Shown piece by piece: positions 8,216-17,211 of a stretch of DNA of 37,794 nt. The notes under the pieces are model-generated. The model saw only the letters and a program-made list of their open reading frames with translations. It ran no database searches and was not told the DNA's origin. This DNA comes from a virus (lineage: Duplodnaviria > Caudoviricetes), in IMG/VR virus record IMGVR_UViG_3300003375_000067, positions 1-37,794 of that record; one strand, given 5' to 3'. Position 1 is the first letter of the stretch, and each line of letters starts with the position of its first letter. A program made the position numbers and the translations under genes.

Positions 8216-9025
8216 ATGGCAACAGCGTTCGATCGACCAGTTTTTAACGCATGGTTTTATTCGCAAGATATGCAATTGATACCAGTGGCAAAATCAAATC
8301 CCAAGGTGGCGGCTAGTTCTGGATTTACCGTGGAATACGATTTTTCTTTTATTCCCGATATGGAATTGAAAGAACTCGTCTATGCTTTGATAGACTTACT
8401 GCCGCAGAAATTTGTATTTGTCAGAACGGCACCCAGGATCCTAAGTTTCGCACTGGAGCAAATATGCCGCAGGCTTAGGCCGGATATCGAATTTATGGAT
8501 CCAATAGTTACCTTGGATCAAGGATGGTTTAACCTTGCATATCCCGAATTGTTACCATCTAACATCAGTCAAATCATGGAGATGCAAACTGCTTGCAAGT
8601 TAGCAGATGCAGGTACGTTGTGCGGATTGGTTGGCACGATACCAAGGTTTTATGATCTCGGTTTCATGCATAGGAAAAATTCAGTTTTTATAGCGTCAAC
8701 TCCGGATTGGCAGGTAATAGAACCTTATTCTACCATCAGTTACAGGCTGCTGGCAGAACACAGACCTGATATTTTCTGTACCAATTTCTGCCAGTTACTG
8801 GCCAGGGCGGTGATGAAAAAGCTTGACTTTGCCAACAACTGGGACTTGTACAGGATGACCAACACTGAGGTTTTTTGGCCCCGTAATTTGGCATTTTTAA
8901 TAAGCGATATTGCCCATCAAGATTTTAGCGAGGCAACTGACAACGTCTATGATACGCCTAGCGATGTTGTGTTGGTGAAACCAGCCGAGGATTATTGCAT
9001 ATTGCCGTTGGATGTGTTGAAATGA
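8216..9025 (+). CDS. hypothetical protein
   Basis: 269 aa; TTGACA-N18-TAAAAT upstream; ATGA-coupled to the GNAT gene. Confidence 0.7.
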   Translation: MATAFDRPVFNAWFYSQDMQLIPVAKSNPKVAASSGFTVEYDFSFIPDMELKELVYALIDLLPQKFVFVRTAPRILSFALEQICRRLRPDIEFMDPIVTLDQGWFNLAYPELLPSNISQIMEMQTACKLADAGTLCGLVGTIPRFYDLGFMHRKNSVFIASTPDWQVIEPYSTISYRLLAEHRPDIFCTNFCQLLARAVMKKLDFANNWDLYRMTNTEVFWPRNLAFLISDIAHQDFSEATDNVYDTPSDVVLVKPAEDYCILPLDVLK

Positions 9026-9459
9026 TTGAAACCAAGGAATCCACGGCAGATGTGTGCTGGCCTCTGTTACAAAAGCTGTGGCCAGATAAAGCCGTCATCC
9101 TGCCAATAGATAACACGCTTGGCAAGATACGCTGGACTGGAAGACAGTATTCAAACATAAAGGTACGTTACTGGCTGGCGACATATAATGATCGCACAAT
9201 AGCCTGCACAACCGCCTATCAAACATGGAACGATGAATTACGCATACGTGGAACGTATTGCGACCCGGAATTCCGTCGCACGGGCGCAGCCGCTAGCTGT
9301 GTAACCGCTGCGTTAACGGCATTTGATAACATAAGATTGGCCTACACATTTCCTCGCATGGGAGTGGAAGGGTTTTACCAAAGTCTTGGATTTACGATTG
9401 GGCCTGAAAGATGGCCAAACATATACAAAGGCGTGGCCTATGCATGGCTATCACTGTGA
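9022..9459 (+). CDS. GNAT family N-acetyltransferase
   Basis: LRIRGTYCDPEFRRTGAA (motif A) and GFYQSLGF (motif B). Confidence 0.82.
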   Translation: MIETKESTADVCWPLLQKLWPDKAVILPIDNTLGKIRWTGRQYSNIKVRYWLATYNDRTIACTTAYQTWNDELRIRGTYCDPEFRRTGAAASCVTAALTAFDNIRLAYTFPRMGVEGFYQSLGFTIGPERWPNIYKGVAYAWLSL

Positions 9460-9465
9460 GGTTTT

Positions 9466-10089
9466 ATGAAATTTATCCTACTTGACTGCACCAATGAAGG
9501 CATCCTATGGGCGGGCGATAACCAGTCCACCGCAATCAATCTAAAACATGGATTGGTCGATGCGGAAATGCGCATAATATACCAAGGCAATCCATCCTAC
9601 AACTTGGTAACCATGCATGAATTATATGAAAAGCAAAATCATTTATTCATTGATAAAAACAATTCCATAACCCCGCTTCCGGAATCCGCTGTAAATGCAA
9701 TATATCTTGAGCGTAGGCGATTGGTGTCACTACGGTATCCCTTGATGCAACGCCTGATGACGATGGCCTGGCACTGTACCATGTCCTGCAAACCTTTTAT
9801 TTGGCCGGGCATCGAACATCACATTCGTCGCGCGCTTGATCAGTGCGATATGGATGCCGGATCCTGGAGCCACGCCGTGCTTGAATACGCACGCATATCC
9901 GATCTGGAACCTGCACATGCTTATAGAGAACTAAAAATACAAGCAGACATTGTTGACAGCCTCATGATGACGGTCTATTCTCTTACCAAATATTTCGCCA
10001 ATAGGATAAACTCAATCACCTCCCATGATCAGGTGGCAACGATAGGCGAAGAAATGACGGATCGTTTTGACAGGGATACCCGCATATGA
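9466..10089 (+). CDS. hypothetical protein
   Basis: 207 aa; GAGG SD; ATGA-coupled to the next gene. Confidence 0.7.
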   Translation: MKFILLDCTNEGILWAGDNQSTAINLKHGLVDAEMRIIYQGNPSYNLVTMHELYEKQNHLFIDKNNSITPLPESAVNAIYLERRRLVSLRYPLMQRLMTMAWHCTMSCKPFIWPGIEHHIRRALDQCDMDAGSWSHAVLEYARISDLEPAHAYRELKIQADIVDSLMMTVYSLTKYFANRINSITSHDQVATIGEEMTDRFDRDTRI

Positions 10090-11189
10090 GCCGCATATAT
10101 TGCTATAACCCCAACAGGCTGGTATCCGCACGGAATCCAGACATACAAAAATGGCTGACATTGTTCAAGATAATACATGCCAATGTGACCTTTGTGGACC
10201 GAACAAATACCATAAAATTGCCAATAAGAACCGCCATCCCAGCTGCACTTGAATTGCCCAGTTACGATGCCAATTTCACAATGACTTATGAAGAGTGTTG
10301 CCAAAGCAGGGTCAGGGAATTGCTGGCAAAACAAGAAAAGCTGGATGTTCCGATACGTATACTCTATAGTGGTGGTATAGACAGCAGCCTGATACTAGCA
10401 AGTTTTATCAAGGAACTTGGTGAATCTCAATTGGCCCAGCGTGTGCAGATCGTCATGAGCCAGGATAGCATTGAAGAAAATCCCTGGATGTGGGAAAGAT
10501 TGCTGAGACGAAGCAACCTAACAATGATCGATGGATACAGCCATGGCGGAGATTGGGGCACCGATAGGATACTGGTAGGCGGCGAGTTCAACGATCAGTT
10601 GCTGGGCTCGGCTGTTTATAGGGATGTTGTAAAATGGCGCGGAGATGCGATCCTGGAGCAACCGTGGACCGAAAACCTAATGACCGAATACCATCTCAGG
10701 AAAGGACTTGATCAATCAACGGCAGAAATGTGGACAAGCCTTTTTGCCAGCAATTTGCGGGCCGCTCCTTGCCCTGTTGAAACCGTGGCGGATTGGTGGT
10801 GGTGGATCAATTTCAGCTGCAAATGGCATTCGGTTTACTTCCGCATGCTGATGTTTGTGCACGATACAGCCAACATCACTCAGCAGTATCTGGATGACCA
10901 CTATTGCCAGTTTTATGGGGATGAAAATTTCCAACGCTGGAGCATGGTTGATCGTAAACACAAGATAGATGGTAGCCTGATCACCTACAAATGGCATGCA
11001 AGGCAGCTGGTTGCTGATATTTGTGGCAAAGAATATCTCAGCAAGGTCAAAAAAGGCAGCCTATGGAGGCTGCTGAGCTTTAAAAAGTCAGCTGACCTTC
11101 TTGATAACGATTACAATTACATTTTTAATGCGGTGCCAGATGACTGGTACGAGCCCGACAATAGCTTTGGTTATTTTGCAACGTCTTGA
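10086..11189 (+). CDS. asparagine synthetase C-terminal-like adenine nucleotide alpha-hydrolase
   Basis: ILYSGGIDSS PP-loop and GEFNDQLLG (GEgaDelfG-like); no glutaminase domain. Confidence 0.78.
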   Translation: MSRIYCYNPNRLVSARNPDIQKWLTLFKIIHANVTFVDRTNTIKLPIRTAIPAALELPSYDANFTMTYEECCQSRVRELLAKQEKLDVPIRILYSGGIDSSLILASFIKELGESQLAQRVQIVMSQDSIEENPWMWERLLRRSNLTMIDGYSHGGDWGTDRILVGGEFNDQLLGSAVYRDVVKWRGDAILEQPWTENLMTEYHLRKGLDQSTAEMWTSLFASNLRAAPCPVETVADWWWWINFSCKWHSVYFRMLMFVHDTANITQQYLDDHYCQFYGDENFQRWSMVDRKHKIDGSLITYKWHARQLVADICGKEYLSKVKKGSLWRLLSFKKSADLLDNDYNYIFNAVPDDWYEPDNSFGYFATS

Positions 11190-11216
11190 CTAATGCGTGT
11201 TGAAACATTATAAATA
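11186..11216 (+). promoter_or_regulatory. overlapping sigma70-like (TTGACT-N17-TATAAA) and late (TATAAATA) promoters for dnaK
   Basis: Motifs at 11186-11191 and 11209-11216. Confidence 0.55.
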
Positions 11217-11220
11217 ACAT

Positions 11221-11279
11221 TAGTGGTGCCGTATGGGCCACTACATTAGTTCTTGCTTATAAAAAGGAGACAATATATG
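11221..11279 (+). promoter_or_regulatory. ROSE-like RNA thermometer 5' UTR
   Basis: Hairpin TAGTGG...CCACTA, then TCTTGCTT-ATAA-AAGGAGA, which pairs the SD with a bulged G. Confidence 0.6.
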
Positions 11280-13118
11280 AGCAGTATCATAGGTATCGAC
11301 CTTGGGACCACCAATAGCTGCGTGGCTATAATGGAAGGTGGCTCAGCAAAAGTAATTGAAAATTCGGAAGGCGCCCGCACAACCCCGTCAATCGTGGCAT
11401 GGACCGATAAGGAGCAGCTGGTTGGACAGCCAGCACGGCGCCAGGCGGTGACCAACCCAACTAACACGGTATTTGCCAGCAAGCGCCTGATCGGCCGCCG
11501 TTTCACGGATGAAAGCGTTGCCAAGGATGTTAAGACCCTGCCCTACAAGGTGGTCAAGGCCGACAACGGTGATGCATGGATCGAGGTCAACGGCAAGACA
11601 CGCAGCCCATCTGAAATTGCAGCCCAGGTGCTGATAAAGATGAAGGATACTGCTGAGGCATACCTCGGTACACCTGTTACACAGGCGGTGATAACGGTTC
11701 CGGCATACTTCAACGACAGCCAGCGTCAGGCCACCAAGGACGCAGGAAAGATAGCGGGCCTTGAAGTGCTGCGCATCATCAACGAACCGACCGCTGCTGC
11801 GCTGGCATTTGGTGTGGACAAGGGTGGCACCGGCAAGGTGGTTGTGTTTGACTGCGGCGGCGGCACACACGACGTCAGCGTGCTGGATATAGGTGACGGG
11901 GTCGTTGAGGTGCTCAGCACCAACGGCGATACACATCTTGGCGGCGAGGATTTTGATGAGCGTTTGGTGAACTACATCGCCGATGAATTCAAAAAGAGCG
12001 ACGGCATTGATGTGAGAAATGACAAACTTGCATTACAGCGCTTGCGCGAAGCCGCTGAAAAGGCCAAAATCGAGCTCAGCAGCACAACGGAGACGGATGT
12101 TAATATCCCTTACATTACGGCGGATGCGTCAGGACCAAAGCATTTGTTGGTGAAGATCACCAGGGCAAAATTTGAAAGCCTAACGGATGATCTTGTCAAA
12201 CGCGCCATAACGCCATGCCGCGAAGCCTTGAAAGATGCAGGATTATCTGTTAATGATATCAAAGAGATAATCATGGTAGGCGGATCCACCCGCATCCCTG
12301 CTATCCGAAATGCGGTAAAGGCGTTTTTTGGCAAGGAACCAAGCAATGCTGTGAATCCCGATGAGGCAGTTGCTCTAGGTGCTGCCATACAGGGCGGAGT
12401 TCTTGCAGGAGATGTAAAGGACGTGCTGCTGCTAGACGTGACGCCTCTCAGCCTTGGTCTCGAAACGCTAGGTGGTGTGTTTACACGACTGATAGACCGT
12501 AACACCACCATTCCTACCAAGAAGAGCCAGACCTTCAGCACGGCAGCTGATAACCAGGATGCAGTGACGATACGTGTGTTCCAGGGTGAGAGAGAAATGG
12601 CAGCGGACAACAAGCTGCTGGGACAGTTTGATCTAACTGGCATCCCTCCTGCACGCCGCGGAGTTCCGCAGATTTCTGTCGAATTTGACATAGATTCCAA
12701 TGGGATCGTGTCGGTTAGCGCCAAGGATACGGCAACTGGTAAGGAACAGAGCATTAGCATCAAGTCAAATGGTGGCCTATCAGATGACGAGATCAAGAAC
12801 ATGGTGGCGGATGCCGAAGCCAATCGTGAAGCTGATAAGGCCAAGCGAGAAATGGCAGATGCAAGGAATTCGGCACAGGCTGCCATGGGCGCTGCTGAAC
12901 GGCAGCTAGAAGAAGGCACTGATCTCGATCAGGCATTGGCCGATGCCGTGTCTGCCGCCAAGGACGAGCTGCAAACACTGATTGATAATGTAGACACGTC
13001 AGTGGAAGACCTGCGTGCCGCAAATAAAAAGCTGATGGATGCAGCAATGGCCCTTGGCCAGAGCCAATATGCAAAGTCGGCATCAGCAACTGACGAAGGC
13101 ACCGCAGAAGCTGCCTAA
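11277..13118 (+). CDS. dnaK: Hsp70 chaperone DnaK
   Basis: [59 protein letters not shown]; start follows AAGGAG. Confidence 0.98.
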   Translation: MSSIIGIDLGTTNSCVAIMEGGSAKVIENSEGARTTPSIVAWTDKEQLVGQPARRQAVTNPTNTVFASKRLIGRRFTDESVAKDVKTLPYKVVKADNGDAWIEVNGKTRSPSEIAAQVLIKMKDTAEAYLGTPVTQAVITVPAYFNDSQRQATKDAGKIAGLEVLRIINEPTAAALAFGVDKGGTGKVVVFDCGGGTHDVSVLDIGDGVVEVLSTNGDTHLGGEDFDERLVNYIADEFKKSDGIDVRNDKLALQRLREAAEKAKIELSSTTETDVNIPYITADASGPKHLLVKITRAKFESLTDDLVKRAITPCREALKDAGLSVNDIKEIIMVGGSTRIPAIRNAVKAFFGKEPSNAVNPDEAVALGAAIQGGVLAGDVKDVLLLDVTPLSLGLETLGGVFTRLIDRNTTIPTKKSQTFSTAADNQDAVTIRVFQGEREMAADNKLLGQFDLTGIPPARRGVPQISVEFDIDSNGIVSVSAKDTATGKEQSISIKSNGGLSDDEIKNMVADAEANREADKAKREMADARNSAQAAMGAAERQLEEGTDLDQALADAVSAAKDELQTLIDNVDTSVEDLRAANKKLMDAAMALGQSQYAKSASATDEGTAEAA

Positions 13119-13124
13119 ATTTCC

Positions 13125-13163
13125 ATGGGCTACGGCAAAAAAACCGTAGCCCATTACTTTTTT
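13125..13163. terminator. intrinsic terminator between convergent genes
   Basis: 11-bp stem ATGGGCTACGG / CCGTAGCCCAT followed by a T run. Confidence 0.75.
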
Positions 13164-13854
13164 ACCACAACAAATCCAGCATTCCTCTCTCCAGCTGACG
13201 ACAAGTGATCCGTTTGTTGGTCCTGTGATCGCAAATCTCATCATGCTGTAGTCTATATGTCCTGATCTTATCGCCGCGTTGCCCAGACCCAACCTGTGAT
13301 TTTTTCTGTTGAGATAGTTCATCATGTTGGGCAGCAGCATGCATGGCCTTCAATCTCCCAACCAACGCGGTCCTAGCTTGTTGCAGGCTATTCTCCCTGC
13401 TGCGGGTTTGTGCCGTGACGGTTATGCCCGAAGGTACATGCGTCAATCTTGCGCAGTTGGCGTGCTTGTTCCTATGCTGTCCACCAGCACCGCTGCCGCT
13501 GTACCAGCTAAGTGATAGATCTTCATCACGCAGCTCAAAATCGCACACAGCATCCGGATCGGTCACGCTGACCGTCACGGTGCTGGTATGCACCCTGCCT
13601 CGTTTTTCAGTTGGTGGAATCCTTTGCCAGCGATGTCCTCCGGCTTCTCTGTCTAGGCAAGTCAAGTCCTTGCCCGCGATCAACAATGAGATGGCAAAAT
13701 TGCCTTGCCCTGTTGTGCTGGGTCTCACATCTTCCCAGCGGCAGGTTCAACCAAAGCGGCCGAACAGTTTTGTGTAAATCGCTGCTAAATCCTGGACCAA
13801 TAATTGGCTATCGGCCCCGCCTTCGGCAGCGTGTATTTCCAATATTCTACGCAT
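13162..13854 (-). CDS. RF1-like peptide chain release factor lacking domain 1, with in-frame TGA at codon 36
   Basis: AAGGAG-N6-ATG13854; LEIHAAEGG.D...DL..IY...G*; HRWQRIPPTEKRGRVHTS (PxT); GAGGQH; GSGQRGDKIRTY...DHR. Confidence 0.85.
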
Positions 13855-14010
13855 TTCACGCTCCTTTGTTAGGGTTCATTTTATTTAACAATAGAAAACG
13901 CAATATGTCAACCCGTGTAAGTTTGAGCTCTAACCAAATTAGTCCATTGACACCAAATTTTGATCAACACACAACAATGCATCACACAACAAGCAAATAG
14001 AAAGAATCAA

Positions 14011-15207
14011 ATGTCAACAACGGCCATTCTAACCTATACTGCACCAAATACACAGGCACCCACCAATAACGCGTCAACCTCAACTAACCGTCTCACACTG
14101 TATGCCGACAAGGTCAATTCACAGTTTGTTAAGAACCAGTCTCACTACTTTGGTGTTGCAGATAGGATCACGGAACAAACCAAAAATTCTGCCTCAAAGC
14201 AACAGGTTCTGTCTTCAGCCGTGGCTGAGTTCAAACGTCGCAACCCACATATTACCGCATGGTCAGACATCACGCTTTGCAATGCGGTCCGTGTGAACAT
14301 GGACCTCATTGACATCGACTCCACCATGCAGAGGTTACTTGATGTTCCGCATGCTGCCAACATTCTCATGAATTTTGAGCAGATACTGGTCATGCCAATC
14401 TGTGTTTACGAAGATCCTTTGCGTCCAGGACGTTATATTTGCTGGGATGGACAGCACACGCTCATCGTCCTGTACCTAATCGCCGCAAAGGCATTTGGCT
14501 GCGACATTTCGCAGTGCCAAATACCAGTTGTGATTTATGCGAGCTTGCTGAAAAGCGAAATGCGTAATTGTTTCATCCGGCTGAACGGCGACGCTAAAAA
14601 ACCTCTTGATCCAATTGACATCTATCAGCAGAAGGTTTTTGGTGTACGAATTGACAGCAGCAATAATCCAGACTGGCAGATAAATGAAAAGAAGCAGTCA
14701 ATTCTTGAGAAATACAAGATGTTTGCAACCAACGATAAGTTTGGAGACGATACCATGCCTGGGGCACTAACCCGTGTCAAGGAACTTTTGGACAAAACCT
14801 ATCCAATAGAGGTTACCAATCACTTCTGTAATTATTTTTACCATGTGTGTGGCAGCAGCCGTGCGGTGCAGTCCAAAGAACCGGAAATGCTTTATGAATT
14901 TTTTGAGCTGTGCCATAGGCAGAAAATAATGGTGGACGATGACTATGTAAAGGGCGTGGCCAAAAGCCTTCAAGCCGTGGATAATGGTGATTTTGATGCG
15001 GAAAAGCTGTGGATTCATGCCAAGCTCAGCTATCAGAATTGGTGGTTGCGCAGTGGCATGAGCATTGATGGATCCCTGCGCGGTATCCAATATCCTAAAA
15101 ACGCCATCTGCATGACATTCATCATCGCGCAGATTGAAAAGAATTTCACCGGCCTTATGCCAGCTTTCCCCAAGATGTGGATCGTGCCAAAGGGAGACTT
15201 GTTTTAA
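14011..15207 (+). CDS. ParB/DGQHR-like N-terminal domain protein
   Basis: ID...QR.LD...WDGQHT...F..LN motifs. Confidence 0.6.
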   Translation: MSTTAILTYTAPNTQAPTNNASTSTNRLTLYADKVNSQFVKNQSHYFGVADRITEQTKNSASKQQVLSSAVAEFKRRNPHITAWSDITLCNAVRVNMDLIDIDSTMQRLLDVPHAANILMNFEQILVMPICVYEDPLRPGRYICWDGQHTLIVLYLIAAKAFGCDISQCQIPVVIYASLLKSEMRNCFIRLNGDAKKPLDPIDIYQQKVFGVRIDSSNNPDWQINEKKQSILEKYKMFATNDKFGDDTMPGALTRVKELLDKTYPIEVTNHFCNYFYHVCGSSRAVQSKEPEMLYEFFELCHRQKIMVDDDYVKGVAKSLQAVDNGDFDAEKLWIHAKLSYQNWWLRSGMSIDGSLRGIQYPKNAICMTFIIAQIEKNFTGLMPAFPKMWIVPKGDLF

Positions 15208-15671
15208 TGCAAAACGGTCTTCGTTCTGCCAACATGGATTCGATGAAATCCATGAGCGCCATCAAGCGGCAGGTCAGCAAAGGCATGAAGTGTACCATAT
15301 CGAGCTGCGAACAACCGTTGACCATAATGACCGGTCCTGGGTCAAACAAGTTGTGTAGGGAACATCAGCTCTACCAACGGGAGTATGGAGGTATGGGGAG
15401 GCTTGATCGCCCCTATACTTTCCATCGAAATCTCACCTGTGATTGGTGCGGGTATGACCCGGCTGACGATAGCCGATGCAAGGACATGCAAGAGGATGAT
15501 GCTTTGATTTTCATCCGCAGTGTGCTGATCGCCGATCACAAGATTCGGCGGCACGATGACGGCACGGATCATAGGGATAACATACAAACCCTGTGTCTTT
15601 TGTGCAATGCCGAAAAAGGGGTGAAGAACAAGGATTACCGAGCAAATATTGCGCTACCAGATGCTAGCTAG
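15207..15671 (+). CDS. HNH endonuclease-like protein
   Basis: CDWCG...DHKIRRHDDGTDHRDNIQTLCLLCNAEK; TAATG-coupled to the upstream gene. Confidence 0.8.
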   Translation: MQNGLRSANMDSMKSMSAIKRQVSKGMKCTISSCEQPLTIMTGPGSNKLCREHQLYQREYGGMGRLDRPYTFHRNLTCDWCGYDPADDSRCKDMQEDDALIFIRSVLIADHKIRRHDDGTDHRDNIQTLCLLCNAEKGVKNKDYRANIALPDAS

Positions 15672-15707
15672 TAAGTTATAGTTCAAGACTAACCAAAGGA
15701 GATTGAT

Positions 15708-16262
15708 ATGAAGACAGTTGGCGATACCATTTCAGCGTTTGCTATAACCGGTGTTAAGCCCGGTGCCCTAACACCAGATGATGCATTTGAAACCATTACC
15801 GACCATAGCTTTGCCGGCAAATGGAAGATCATCATGTTCTATCCAAAGAATTTCACGTTTGTTTGCCCCACCGAGATTGTTGCCTATGACAAGCTAAACC
15901 AGGATTTTCTGGATCGCGATGCGGTGCTGCTTGCAGGTAGCACCGACAATGAATTTACCTTGCTGGCCTGGCGCAACTCACATGATGATCTGCGCAAGAC
16001 AACCAGCTGGGGATTTGCCGATACCCAGCGTGGAGAACTCAGCCTTGCTGAACAGCTGGGCGTGTTCTTTGGTCCAGCCGGCGCTGCGCTCCGTGCAACA
16101 TTCATTGTTGACCCTAACAATGTGATCCAGCATGTCACCGTGAACAACCTGGATGTGGGTCGCAATGCAGACGAGGCGTTGCGTGTATTAGACGCGATAC
16201 AATCGGGAGAGCTCTGTGCTTGTAATCGCGTTGTCGGTGGCGAAACCTTAGGCAAGGCATAA
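15708..16262 (+). CDS. ahpC: peroxiredoxin (alkyl hydroperoxide reductase C)
   Basis: FYPKNFTFVCPTE, ALRATFIVDP, GRN..E.LR.LDA.Q, LCAC. Confidence 0.95.
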   Translation: MKTVGDTISAFAITGVKPGALTPDDAFETITDHSFAGKWKIIMFYPKNFTFVCPTEIVAYDKLNQDFLDRDAVLLAGSTDNEFTLLAWRNSHDDLRKTTSWGFADTQRGELSLAEQLGVFFGPAGAALRATFIVDPNNVIQHVTVNNLDVGRNADEALRVLDAIQSGELCACNRVVGGETLGKA

Positions 16263-16276
16263 ACAAAAAGTTGGCG

Positions 16277-16358
16277 ATAAATATAGTTTGTAGTTCGCGG
16301 GATTGCAGTCCCCAACTACTCTAATGCTTATAGAGGAGCAATCAGCAATGATATTTAT
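16277..16358 (+). promoter_or_regulatory. late promoter plus structured leader of an HNH gene
   Basis: ATAAATA; stems GTAGTT/AACTAC and GGGA/TCCC; TGCT/AGCA over the SD; TATTTAT just after the ATG. Confidence 0.6.
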
Positions 16359-17211
16359 CGCCAACAAATATACTCGTATCTATTATAAAATTATAGATAG
16401 AGCCAAATGTCGAGTATTACCAGTAGGTACCTATAAAGAAAAACATCATATTATACCGCGTTCAATGGGTGGTAATAATTGTGTCGATAATTTGGTAGAA
16501 TTGACTGCAAAGGAACATTTTGTGTGTCATAAACTGCTGATAAAAATGACAGAAGGAGTTTCACGTGGTAAGATGGCGTTTGCATTAGTGTTAATGTCTG
16601 GTAAAAGAAACAGTACAATTTACGACTCTACCAGGAAAATTTTATCCGAACAAATAAGTCAATTACACTCAGGAAAAATACCTGTTACCAATGGGATGAT
16701 TGATAAAACTGTATTCGCGGGGAATAGTATTCCCCAAGGATTTTATCCCGGATTTTCACCTGCAACTATCAGGAAACACGGAGATGGAAATAAAGGGAAG
16801 AAATGGATTACTGATGGATCATTGTCATATCAGATAAAACACGACCAATTACCAGAAGGATTTCATTGGGGTCAAGCTGATTACCACAAGGAAAAAGTCA
16901 GTAAGGCACTGAGTGGAAAAAATAATCCGATGTACGGGTTATTTTTTATTACAAACGGAACAGAAAATTCCGTTTGTGATGATATAAACTCTATTCCTGT
17001 AGTGTGGTACAAAGGAAAAATAGAAAAGAAAAGTTTGTTAAAAGCTCAATCAAAACTGGGATCAAAAAATCCTATGTATGGAAAACTTCCTCATAATGCC
17101 AAATCCATTGAAATAGCCGGTATCATTTATAAATCAATGACTGAGGCCAGATTAAAGACTGGTATGTCCAGAAGAACATTAGAAAATTTAATAAAAGGAA
17201 AAATAACATGA
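16348..17211 (+). CDS. free-standing HNH homing endonuclease with NUMOD3-like repeats
   Basis: EKHHIIPRSMGGNN..DNLVELTAKEHFVCH; GKNNPMYG and GSKNPMYG; AT-rich; lies between ahpC and ahpD. Confidence 0.88.
   Translation: MIFIANKYTRIYYKIIDRAKCRVLPVGTYKEKHHIIPRSMGGNNCVDNLVELTAKEHFVCHKLLIKMTEGVSRGKMAFALVLMSGKRNSTIYDSTRKILSEQISQLHSGKIPVTNGMIDKTVFAGNSIPQGFYPGFSPATIRKHGDGNKGKKWITDGSLSYQIKHDQLPEGFHWGQADYHKEKVSKALSGKNNPMYGLFFITNGTENSVCDDINSIPVVWYKGKIEKKSLLKAQSKLGSKNPMYGKLPHNAKSIEIAGIIYKSMTEARLKTGMSRRTLENLIKGKIT

Noticed and set aside
11200-11236. Sigma32 heat-shock promoter for dnaK (TTGAAA)
   Set aside because: No CCCCAT-like -10 at the expected spacing.
11388-13089. Long antisense ORFs over dnaK (and similar ones over rIIA, ahpC and ahpD)
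   Set aside because: These are shadows of codon bias in conserved genes, with no SD or recognisable motifs.
13162-13854. Calling the release factor PrfH or prfB
   Set aside because: It has the RF1-type PxT loop and RF1-like tail, no SPF motif, no CUU-UGA frameshift site and no adjacent rtcB. No gene symbol was assigned.
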